This document shows, piece by piece, positions 13,003 to 24,240 of a stretch of DNA of 64,000 nucleotides (position 1 is the first letter of the stretch; every line of letters begins with the position of its first letter). The position numbers and the translations under genes were made by a program. The notes beneath the pieces were generated by a model, which saw only the letters and a program-made list of their open reading frames with translations, was not told the DNA's origin and did not search any database. The DNA lies in the NCBI GenBank assembly GCA_951406725.2, contig OX597830.1:24552001-24616000 (forward strand), read 5' to 3'. This stretch comes from Octopus vulgaris (taxonomy: Eukaryota).

Positions 13003-14768
13003 CAAATATACAGTAACACAACTTCAATCAGAATCTCAAAGGATTAAACATCATCGGCTTGAAGCAGTTTCTGTGTTAGTCTATCATTGCATATAAGCAA
13101 ATATATATCGGGAGATAGTTTTTTTTTTTCTTTTGTAGAATATTCAAGATTTTTGCAAGGGACCTGATAAGCTAAGCTCACCAAGTCTGGTGTTTAGAAA
13201 CTTCCCTTGTAGTATCTTTATGTATGACCTGATTGTGAAGGGGTTGTTGGATTCTCATAAATTCTAGACCTTTATTCTCTGAAAGGACCACATTGATGAA
13301 GCAAATGAGGAAGAGGACAGAATATACATGTCGATAGAAGTATGTGAAAAAAGGTGGGAATCTAGGTATGGTCTCACTGAGGTGGGAAATGGAGGGTTCT
13401 AAGGCCTACAATATACTAGGCAGGTTTTGTTTCTTGAACTGACCTGTCTGGTAGTCCTGGATCTACTAGTGTAATTGGGGGGGGGGGGGGTCAGTAGTGG
13501 CAATCCACCCTGGGTGGAACTTTTAAAGGGGCACCACTTTTGGGTCTGCTGTAGGGATTGTTTTATGTGATATCGATCGGTGGGCAGCATATGGAAGGGC
13601 CACCCTGGGCAGCACACACTCTAGCTACGCTAGTGCCTGTTTCTGAACTGGAACTTGAATAGGACTATGCTACCTGGACACAAAGGTGTTGATCCAATCT
13701 GGCTGTGTTACCTGGACAAAATATCTGATCTAAAATACTGACTCCAGATTTTGTGGGTTGATCAATAAGTATCCGGATTGTTGCCATAGTAACTAAGGTC
13801 TTCCAGGATTTTCCAAGTCTATCATTGCATATCTTTCCCCACTTTCTCCTGGGTAGGAGTCTTAAGACTTTCAACCTTTCTCAGTAGCATTGGGACGATT
13901 TTCTGTGTAGCTTTGGATTGCTAAAAGTTCGACCACTAATTTAATACTGTGTGATGACCATAGTTGGAAGCAGTAGTCCAACTGCTGATGACATGCCCTC
14001 CGAAAGAACATCATAGTTTCCGCTTCTCATGTTCTGAAAGTGCAGAAGACCCATCCAGTTAGCCATCTGCATTCTATTGCTAAATTAGTAATATGCACTT
14101 TGAATGATATTCAGACAGGATACACTGTCCTGATAGGAACTGCAATCTCTGAATAAGAATTAGTGACTTGGTTACTGATATGTGTAATGATACATCCTTC
14201 CTCTTTTTGTGCTGGTAGCACAATTTTTGTGGAATTTTCCTGTGTTGAACTGAATGTTATTGTCCTCAGCCCACCTGTATAATACATCCCATTCGAGATT
14301 CACGATATTTCCAAAGTTCTGAATTGTCTGAGAGACTTTTGTGTCATCTGCATAGCTACCTAGGGTGGCTGTCTGAGTAGCTGAGTGCATGCCTGAGAGG
14401 ACCGCTATAAATAGCATACAGTGTAGCTGCTTAGCACAGATTGACCTTCAACTCTGCATGTGCAATATTTGGAAACGTCTGAACCAGTCGTACCCTTGTG
14501 CAGCTCATACACTCACGTCCATACACTTTCTGCAACTTTGCAAAGGCCTCTGAGCAGGTAATACCCTGACAACTCTGTCATGGTCAATGTAATGATCACA
14601 TTACACGTTCCTTCTATTTCTTCCAAATAGTGCTGTAAACAGCAGAAGTGAGCTACAATTTTGAAACTTAGTACACATGCAGAGCAGAGATCAAGGTCAA
14701 TATTTTACCAACAGCTTCACTCTGCATACTCTAGCTTCATTACTATAGCAACACTCCGGATTGATAAG
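13003..14768. repeat. Chimeric repeat unit, copy 1 (MITE + mariner end + LINE RT fragments + mariner N-terminus)
   Basis: Aligns by eye with 15335-17790 and 21610-22933; contains SYADDTKV on the minus strand. Confidence 0.9.
13464..13635. mobile_element. hAT-like MITE (~172 bp)
   Basis: Termini (c/t)actagtgtaa..ctacgctagtg; degenerate 8-bp TSD cctggatc/cctgtttc; paralogue at about 22068-22216. Confidence 0.55.
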
Positions 14769-17700
14769 ACCTCCTGATATGTAGCATTTGCTGAATGGAG
14801 TTTCATGCTGCTACCCTCATCTGCTTCCTGCCATGAAGTAGACTCATCTGGAACTCTTGACAGGAGATTGTTTGTTTTGAAGGCACCTCCAGCAACACCA
14901 TGCAGGTTTCTCAAAAGTTTTGGAAGGACATTGAAGGGTTGTGTGCCAAGCTGTTGTGGTATCTTGTGTATCTATGGTGGAGTCTTTTGTACACTACAGT
15001 AGACCCCCATTCTGCTATTCGGTTAAATTTCAATGAGTTTGGTATAAGGCCTTCCAGGATTTTCCAAGTCTATGTCACTGCATATCTTTCCCCACTTCAT
15101 TCTAGGGAAGAGTCTTAAGACTTTCAACCTTTCTCAGTAGCAGATACATTGCATTGGGACGGTTTCCTGTGCATAACTTCTATTGTTTGCTGATATTGAT
15201 TTAATCCCTCCTCTCTTCTCCACTTCACCCATAAATTGATAAGGAAACAACCACAAATTAAGAAATCCGTATACAGAATATAGCAACAGTAATTCAACAA
15301 TTCACAGGTGCACGCATGCAGGGAGACCTTCAGCAAATATACAGTAACACAACTTCAATCAGAATCTCAAAGGATTAAACATCATCGGCTTGAAGCAGTT
15401 TCTGTGTTAGATAAGTATCTGGATTGTTGCCATAGTAACTAAGGCCTTCCAGGATTTTCCAAGTCTGTCATTGCATATATTTCCCCACTTTCTCCTGGGT
15501 AGGAGTCTTAAGACCCTGGGCAGCACACACTCTAGCTACGCTAGTGCCTGTTTCAGAACTGGAACTTGAATAGGACTATGCTACCTGAACACAAAGGTGT
15601 TGATCCAATCTGGCTGTGTTACCTGGACAAAATATCTGATCTAAAATACTGACTCCAGATTTCGTGGGTTGATCAATAAGTATCTGGATTGTTGCCATAG
15701 TAACTAAGGCCTTCCAGGACTTTCCAAGTCTGTCATTGCATATATTTCCCCACTTTCTCCTGGGTCGGAGTCTTAAGACCCTGGGCAGCATACACTCTAG
15801 CTACGCTAGTGTCTGTTTCAGAACTGGAACTTGAATAGGACTATGCTACCTGGACAGAAAGGTGTTGATCCAATCTGGCTGTGTTACCTGGACAAAATAT
15901 CTGATCTAAAATACTGACTCCAGATTTTGTGGGTTGATCAATAAGTATCTGGATTGTTGCCATAGTAACTAAGGCCTTCCAGGACTTTCCAAGTCTGTCA
16001 TTGCATATATTTCCCCACTTTCTCCTGGGTAGGGGTCTTAAGACTTTCAATCTTTCTCAGTAGCTGATACATTGCATTGGGACAATTTTCTGTGTAGTCA
16101 GTGGGAGTCATATGGAAGGGCCACCCTGGGCAATACCCACTCTAGCTACGCTAGTGCCTGTTTCAGAACTGGAACTTGAATAGAACTATGCTACCTGGAC
16201 ACCAAGGTTTTGATTAAATCTGGCTGTGTTACCTGGACAAAATATCTGATCTAAAATACTGACTCCAGATTTTGTGGGTTGATCAATAAGTATCTGGATT
16301 GTTGCCATAGTAACTAAGGCCTTCCAGGATTTTCCAAGTCTGTCATTGCATATATTTCCCCACTTTCTCCTGGGTAGGAGTCTTAAGACCCTGGGCAGCA
16401 TACACTCTAGCTACGCTAGTGCCTGTTTCAGAACTGGAACTTGAATAGGACTATGCTACCTGGACAAAAAGGTGTTGATTAAATCTGGCTGTGTTACCTG
16501 GACAAAATATCTGATCTAAAATACTGACTCCAGATTTTGTGGGTTGATCAATAAGTATCTGGATTGTTACCAAAGTTACTAAGGCCTTCCAGGATTTTCC
16601 AAATCTGTCATTGCATATATTTCCCCACTTTCTCCTGGGCAGCACACACTCTAGCTACGCTAGTGCCTGTTTCAGAACTAGAACCTGAATAGGACTATGC
16701 TACCTGGATAGAAAGGTGTTGATCCAATCTGGCTGTGTTACCTGGACAAAATATCTGATCTAAAATACTGACTCCAGATTTTGTGGGTTGATCAATAAGT
16801 ATCTGGATTGTTGCCATAGTAATTAAGGCTTTCCAGGATTTTCCATGTCTGTCATTGCATATCTTTCCCCACTTTTCTCTGGGTAGGAGTCTTAAGACTT
16901 TCAACCTTTCTCAGTAGCATTGAGATGATTTTCTGTGTAGCTTTGGATCGCTAAAAGTTCGACCACTAATTTAATACTGTGATAACCATAGTTGGAAGCA
17001 GTAGTCCAGGCTGCTGACGACATGTCCTCCGAAGCACCATAGTTTCCGGTTCTCATGTTCTGAAAGTGCAGAAGACCCATCCAGTTAGCCATCTGCATTC
17101 TATTGCTAAATTAGTAATGTGCACTTTGAATGATATTCAGACAGGATACACTGTCCTGATAGGAACTGCAATCTCTGAATAAGAATTAGTGACTTGGTTA
17201 CTGATATGTGTAATGATACATCCTTCCTCTTTTTGTGCTGGTAGCACAATTTTTGTGGAATTTTCCTGTGTTGAACTGAATGTTATTGTCCTCAGCCCAC
17301 CTGTATAATACATCCCATTGCAGATGCATGATATTTCCGAGGTTCTGAATTGTCTGAGAGACTTTTGTGTCATCTGCATAGCTACCTAGGGTGGCTGTCT
17401 GAGTAGCTGAGTGCATGCCTGAGAGGGCTGCTATAAATAGCATACAGTGTAGCTGCTTAGCACAGATTGACCTTCAACTCTGCATGTGCAATATTTGGAA
17501 ACATCTGAACCAGTCGTACCCTTGTGCAGCTTATACACTCACGTCCATACACTTTCTGCAACTTTGCAAATGCCTCTGAGCTGGTAATACCCTGACAACT
17601 CTGTCATGGTCAATGTAACGATCACATTACACGTTCCTTCTATTCCTTCCAAACAGTGCTGTAAACAGCAGAAGTGAGCTTGAATATTGAAACTTAGTAC

Positions 17701-17790
17701 ACATGCAGAGCAGAGATCAAGGTCAATCTTTGCCTTAACAGCTTCACTCTACATACTCTAGCTTCATTACTATAGCAATAGTCCAGATTT
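14769..17790. repeat. Chimeric repeat unit, copy 2, with internal tandem array
   Basis: 14769-15335 matches 21072-21610; 16900-17790 matches 13870-14768. Confidence 0.9.
15409..16905. repeat. Tandem array of five ~265-bp units plus a partial unit
   Basis: Equivalent positions at 15576, 15841, 16186, 16451 and 16695 (spacings 265, 345, 265, 244). Confidence 0.92.
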
Positions 17791-18235
17791 ATCAGTCCTC
17801 ATATATACATAATTGGGTGCAAACATAAGTTTACTTCACATAATCTTCATGTATGATCTTACTGTATTAAGCTGTATCATAGCTTCATATTGACTAATAT
17901 CTCATGTGAAATTGGTAGATGGAGACTGTATTGAAGCCAGTGTGTTAATGGGTGCATAAATTCATAAAACGAAAGAAATAGTGTCTGCTGGTATTGCATT
18001 CATTCCACACTTCAGTATAGCTATTGAGCAAAACTGCCAGTCAAATGAATTTGCTCTACTTTTAAAGAAATCCATAGCATCTAAGATGGGTGGCTGATTG
18101 CTTCAAGCTTTCTTTCTATATGTAGCTTTTTGTTTATGCCCATTTGCATGGTCACTCTAATTACAAGCCTGTCAGCTTTCTGCTTTAAATTTCAAACATT
18201 ACATTGGAGTTTGTAAGATTTATCTGACAATAATA

Positions 18236-18604
18236 GGTGCAGGAGTGGTTGTGTGGTAAGTAGCTTGCTTACCAACCACATGGTTCTGGGTTCAGTCTCA
18301 CTACGTGGCACCTTGGGCAAGTGTCTTCTGCTATTGCCTTGGGCTGACCAAAGCCTTGCGAGAGGATCTGGTAGAAACTGAAAAAGCCCGGCCCACATAT
18401 GTCTATATATGTATATGTGTGTGTCTGTGTTTGTCCCCCCAACATCGCTTGTCAACCGATGCTAGTGTGTTTACATCCCCATAACTGAGCAGTTTGGCAA
18501 AAGAGACTGATAGAGTAAGTACTAGGCTTCCAAAATCCTGGGCTTGATTTGCTCGACTAAATGCGGTGCTCCAGCATGGCAACAGTCAAATGACAAACAA
18601 GTAA
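18236..18604 (+). mobile_element. tRNA-derived CORE-type SINE (octopus OR1-like)
   Basis: Pol III A/B-like head, ccttgggcaagt CORE motif, internal (TA/TG)n, tail ...tgacaaacaagtaa. Confidence 0.85.
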
Positions 18605-19609
18605 TAGTGAATACTCTTTTTAGGACAATGACTATTTTACATTTTGCTGGACATCTTTTCTAAATATTTTTTTTTCCCACATATACAATGCATGCAAAAA
18701 AAAAACCTCACTACAGCAAGGAAAGCATTAAAAATATATGAAAGAAAAAATATAACGAAATAATTTTGTGCTTAAGTTGCTAAAGGCAATTTGAATCGCC
18801 CTGTTTACATAAAGATTGAATTTTTTCTCTTGTATATACATCATTCTTTTGTGTTATCAGTTGTCTCTCCTACTACCCAGAACTACCCCCTTTGACATTC
18901 CTCTTTCATTCTTATCCCTCTCTCTACTCCTTCCTTGGTCACCTCATTGCTTTCACCTTCCCCTCCCCTCTTGCCATATTTCATTCTTCCCATACTCAAG
19001 CAACTTCTACCTACCTGTATCAGACTTCTGCCCTCTCTTACTCTATTTACCTTGTTCCTTGAGGGCACATTCTGACACCTTAGCTTCACCCTGATTACTT
19101 CTACCCACCTTTTATATAATGCTAGGTAGCAGTGTATCTCTATTCTACAACAGGAAATCTGTTCATTTATACTTAACACCTTGCATAAGACCACCTTCCT
19201 CTTCAGTCTTGTGAGTTGGATGGCAGTTTCATAAGTACCATGAACAATGCACCTAATACACTCTGTGAAATGGCTGATGTTAGAAAGAAAACTCGGCCAT
19301 AGAAATCATCATGCCAGAGCAGACACTGAACCATGCCACAATCCTCCAACTCGCTAAATCTGGTAAAACCATCTGAACCATGGAAGATGGGTGTTCAATA
19401 ATGTTGGTTTGTATAATTTTTGATAATTGTGAAACACTGCTTATACTTCCTGTGCAGTTAATTATCTTCCTTTACAGTTGATGCAATTGTCTGAATAATT
19501 AAATGCATTTAGATAGAAATTGATTCCTAAAATGTCTTTTACTCCCTTCAAAAATAGCGCAATTGTTTCAATTAGGGAAACCTGTTTAGCTGTAATTCAC
19601 AAGGCTTTT

Positions 19610-19845
19610 TCTGGGTTATACATAAAGATGGGTACCTAAAATAACTAGAATTTTGTAATATTTTCTTAGTTTTAGATATACTTTTATTGCCTTCAAAGTA
19701 TTCTACATTTAAAGTAATACATCAATCCAGGTGCATTTTCCACTGTTCAAAGCAGTCCTGGAAAATCTTGCCAAGTGATCCCTTTTAATGCCTCTGTTTA
19801 TTTTCATCTCTTCCACATCGGCAAATTCTGTAGCACCAGCTTTTG
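19610..19845 (-). mobile_element. Mariner transposase C-terminal remnant
   Basis: FADVEEMK..EALKGI..FQDCFEQWKMHLD*CITLNVEYFEGN* with frameshifts. Confidence 0.75.
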
Positions 19846-20190
19846 TCATTAATGATGACCTAAAATAAAAAAATTTTTTAAAAGTCAATCTCTCCATAAT
19901 CAATATTAAGAGAGGACAGTAAATCACACTGGGCCAATCTTAAGAACTGTTGGCTCTCAATATCCCCAAAACAAAAATCTGTTTTGACAACAAATAATCA
20001 ATTTTTTTGAGATTCAATGAAGTGGATTCATGGAAAAATGAGAAAAGGATGTTACTTGGTTACTACTATCATGTTTTTATAATTGACATTGCTATTACTA
20101 TGACAGCTTTTGGATATTTAATTTGTCTGGAATTGCAAGAAATTTAGATGCAAAAGCAGGTGTGCAGATTTTAGTTAATTTTGGACTTAC

Positions 20191-20335
20191 CTAACCACAG
20201 TATACTGTAAATCTGTTTCACCATCTTTGTTACTCATGTCCAAATCAGCTCCAGCTTTTATCAAGTTTATTGAACCTGTTTCCTTGATAATAAGCAGTCA
20301 TCAGGAGTTTTACCATCTGAATTTGTTTGGTTAGC
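20191..20335 (-). pseudogene. Frameshifted ankyrin-repeat pseudo-exon
   Basis: Minus-strand acceptor tcttctcttcag and donor gtaagt. Reads ANQTNSDGKTP/LMTAYYQGNR/SINLIKAGADLDMSNKDGETDLQYTVV across two frameshifts, matching the ankyrin consensus GxTPLxxA..G....L...GAD...D..G.T.L. Confidence 0.8.
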
Positions 20336-21071
20336 CTGAAGAGAAGACATGTGAAATATATTAAAGGGAGGAGAGAGAGAGTAAAGAAAATTCATGAGGG
20401 CAAAAAAGGAGTATGAAAGAAAGACAATATATGTATGTAGTTGTCTGGGCATCTTTCGTCTTTCATGATCGTCTAATGTCCTTCCATGCTGACATGGGTT
20501 GGATGGTTTGACAGCTGGCCAGGCAGAGCCTGTTATGGCATAGTTTTTACAACTTGATGTCCTTCCTGACACAAACCACTCCCCAAACTGTGCTGAGTGA
20601 TAACTGTTTCAGCTACCATTTTCCCCAGCAGAAAACTGAATTTCACAGAAGCCTGCTGTTCTGCCATTTCAGCCATCAAAAAAATCTGAGCAGAGAGCAG
20701 TATAACTTCACTTGATGCAACACTCGGGCATCAGTCTGCTGGTGGATATCAAGTGGCATCTAGCAGCAGAAGTCTGAACTATAATGCACTTGGCCCACAG
20801 AATGTTTCAAGCTACTTTTGGGTACCTCTTCGTATGTAATATGATGGCTGCAAACTCAAAAACAAAAAATCTATCACAAAAATGGCTGGTTGTTGCCTTT
20901 GCATGTGTGGAACTTTTGATCAAGCAATGGCAATACTCATGAGTTTGCAGCCATCCTATGTATCACATAGGAGGTACGTGGAACCTTGCCATTCCAGGTT
21001 ACATTTCAATTTTATAGCTGTGGTCATACTCGGGCACTACTTTTGGCTGTGATTCACCTTCATTATTTAAA

Positions 21072-22933
21072 ACCTCCTGATATGTAGCATTTGGTGAATG
21101 AAGGAATTTCATGTTGCTGCCCTCATCTGCTTCCTGCCATGAAGTAGGCTCATCTGGAACTCTTGACAGGAGATTCAGTTTGTTTTGAAGGCACCTACAG
21201 CAACACCATGCAGGTTTCCCAAGAGTTTTGGAAGGACATTGAAGGGTTGTGGGCCAAGCTGTTGTGGTATCTTGTGTATCTATGGTGGAGTTTTTGGTTA
21301 AATTTCAATGACAGTTTAGTATAAGGCCTTCCAGGATTTTCCAAGTCTATGTCATGCATATCTTTCCCCACTTCCTTCTAGGGAGGGTCTTAAGACTTTC
21401 AACCTCTCTCAGTAGCAGATACATTGCATTGGGACGGTTTTCTGTGCATAACTTCCATTGTTTGCTGGCATTGATTTCATCCCTCCTCTCTTCTCCACTT
21501 CACCCATAAATTGAGAAGAAAACAACCACAAATTAAGAAATGCGTATACAGAATATAGCAACAGTAATTCAACAATTCACAGGTGCACCCATGCAGGGAG
21601 ACCTTCAGCAAATATACAGTAACACAACTTTAATCAGAATCTCAAAGGATTTAACACATAAACTGCTTCCAGCCGATGATGTTTGAGTCTATATCATTGC
21701 ATATAAGCAAATATATCTGGAGTTTGTTTTTTTTCTTTTGTAGAATATTCAAGATTTTTGCAAGGGACCTGATAAGCTAAGCTCACCAAGCCTGGTGTTT
21801 AGAAACTTCTCTTGTATCTTTATGCATGACCTGGTTGTGAAGGGGTTGTTGGATTCTCATAACTTCTAGACATTTATTCTCTGAAAGGACCACATTGATG
21901 AAGCAAATGGGGAAGAGGACAGAATATACAAGTCGATAGAAGTATGTGAAAAAAGGTGGGAATCTAGGTATCGTCTCGCTGAGGTGGGAAATGGAGGGTT
22001 CTAAGGCCTACAATATACTAGGCAGGTTTTGTTTCTTGAACTGACCTGTCTGGGTAGTCTTGGATCCACCAGTGTAACTGGGGGAGGAGAGCAGTAGTGG
22101 CAATCCACCCTGGGTGGAACTTTTAAAGGTCTGCTGTAGGCATTGTTTTATGTGGGGTCGGGGTGCAGCATATGGAAGGGCCACCCTGGGCAGCACACAC
22201 TCTAGCTACGCTAGTGCCTGTTTCAGAACTGGAAAAAATATCTGATCTAAAATACTGACTCCAGATTTTGTGGGTTGATCAATAAGTATCCGGATTGTTG
22301 CCATAGTAACTAAGGCCTTTCAGGATTTTCCAAGTCTGTCATTGCATATCTTTCCCCACTTTCTCCTCGGGGGGACTCTTAAGACTTTCAACCTTTCTCA
22401 GTAGCATTGGGACGATTTTCTGTGTAGCTTTGGATTGCTAAAAGTTCGACCACTAATTTAATACTGTGTGATGACCATAGTTGGAAGCAGTAGTCCAGAC
22501 AGCTGACATGTCCTCCGAAGGACCATCATAGTTTCCGCTTCTCATGTTCTGAAAGTGCAGAGGACCCATCCAGTGAGCCATCTGCATTCTATCGCTAAAT
22601 TAGTAATATGCACTTTGAATGATATTCTGACAGGATACACTGTCCTGATAGGAACTGCAATCTCTGAATAAGAATTAGTGTGACTTGGTTACTGATATGT
22701 GTAATGATACATCCTTCCTCTTTTTGTGCTGGTAGCACAATTTTTGTGGAATTTTCCTGTGTTGAACTGAATGTTATTGTCCTCAGCCCACCTGTATAAT
22801 ACATCCCATTGCTGATGCACGATAGTTCCAAGGTTCTGAATTGTCTGAGAGACTTTTGTGTCATCTGCATAGCTAGCAAGGATGGCTGTCTGAGCAGCTG
22901 AGGACAGGCCTGATAGGGCCACTATAAATAGCA
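21072..22933. repeat. Chimeric repeat unit, copy 3
   Basis: Same segment order as copy 2, without the tandem expansion; continues into a longer LINE remnant. Confidence 0.9.
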
Positions 22934-24240
22934 GTGGTCCAAACACCACTTACTATTTGTTTCCTTTGAGGTGGCTCCATTGATCACCACTACCTGACGT
23001 CTATGTTTTGAAAAAATTTGTAACCACTCTCCAAATTTTGACTATGCAAAAGCCTTTCTGATAAATGCCTTTGGTATTTCACAAACTGTGATCTCAGCAT
23101 AGTTGACATATTTCACACCCATACTTGAGCTTAGCTGCTGCTTTAACACCCAGTCATAATGTAAGAGCTGTGTCAGGCAACTTCTACCTGGTCAAAAATC
23201 ATGCTGGGTGTCAGTCAGCACGTTATTCTCTTCAAGAAACATGATTAGTTTCTTTGACTATTTGATGGGTTTAAATGAAAAACAAATGTCAGAGATAGGC
23301 TTATAAATCTTAGAATCTTCTCTGCTTCCCACTTTGTAGGCAGGACATATTACTCCCTCTTTCAATTTGCCTGAGAACTTACCACTTTCAAGTAAGCTCT
23401 GAAAAAAAGAAGCAACAGTATATTATTGTTTTAATTGTCTACCCACCAAAATAACAATTTTTCAGGCTGATATTTAAATTAGATGTGGTCCACATTCTGC
23501 AAAACCCTGGAACACTGGTTTCACCTTTTATGCTTTGCCTTTGTTTTTTCAATGCTTTTGCTTTGAAAAACATTGAATTTAAATGAAAAACAAATGAGGT
23601 TGACAAATATTTGTTCTCCAGGGTTAATTATTTTTGAGCATTCTTAGAATAAGAATGATTTTAATGATTTTGAAGGACTCATTTGGACAATTTGAGAAGG
23701 ATTGCTGGGAATTCATCAGAGCCAGTTGCTGAATTTATGTCCACCTTATCTATGGCAAATGTTATCTTTAATGTCAATGAAATTTATTTTTGCCTCTTTG
23801 GTCACAAGTGGCAAAAAATTCTACTGGTTTCTTCACTTGCCTCTCCCAGAGGAGTGAACACACTTTGGAACTGTTCATTCAGTATTTCACTTATCCTCAT
23901 TGGGTTTCCTGTGACGGAGCCATCTTTTTGGAAGAGTGGGTTTTATCTTGTAGTGTACTGAGGTTGTTTCTTTGGCAAAGTTAAAGCTTTATGGTTTATT
24001 TTCTGTAACCCAGGTTTCCTTATTTTCTCTTCTCTTTCCTTCTCTCTCTATTGATTTTTCCCAATATCCAACAGTGATCTCTTCAGGCACAACTTTTCAC
24101 TACATTTGAAGTTCCTTCAGGTAGTTTGCAGTCTTTGTCATCTCATGGAAATTTTCCTCTCTGGGGATCTAGTTTTGGTATATGTTGACCTGGTGCTCTG
24201 ACAGATTTGTCACGTATGGCTTGAATTATGGACATTTTTG
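22790..24240 (-). mobile_element. CR1/L2-type LINE reverse transcriptase remnant
   Basis: YKPISLT, QHDF*PGRSCLTQLL, VFGPLLFIVAL and SYADDTKV motifs in order. Confidence 0.85.

Noticed and set aside
13981-14020. CTGATGA...GAAA hammerhead-like spacing
   Set aside because: No pairable stem II or III, and the paralogous copies lack GAAA.
15576-16904. Five tandem ~70-aa ORFs (…PRRKWGNICNDRLGKSWKAL…) suggesting a peptide gene array
   Set aside because: They are off-frame readings across LINE (ERYAV..TWKILEGL), mariner-end and MITE fragments, rely on non-ATG starts, and have no gene structure.
19709-19860. Minus-strand exon with a good acceptor
   Set aside because: The sequence is a frameshifted mariner transposase C-terminus.
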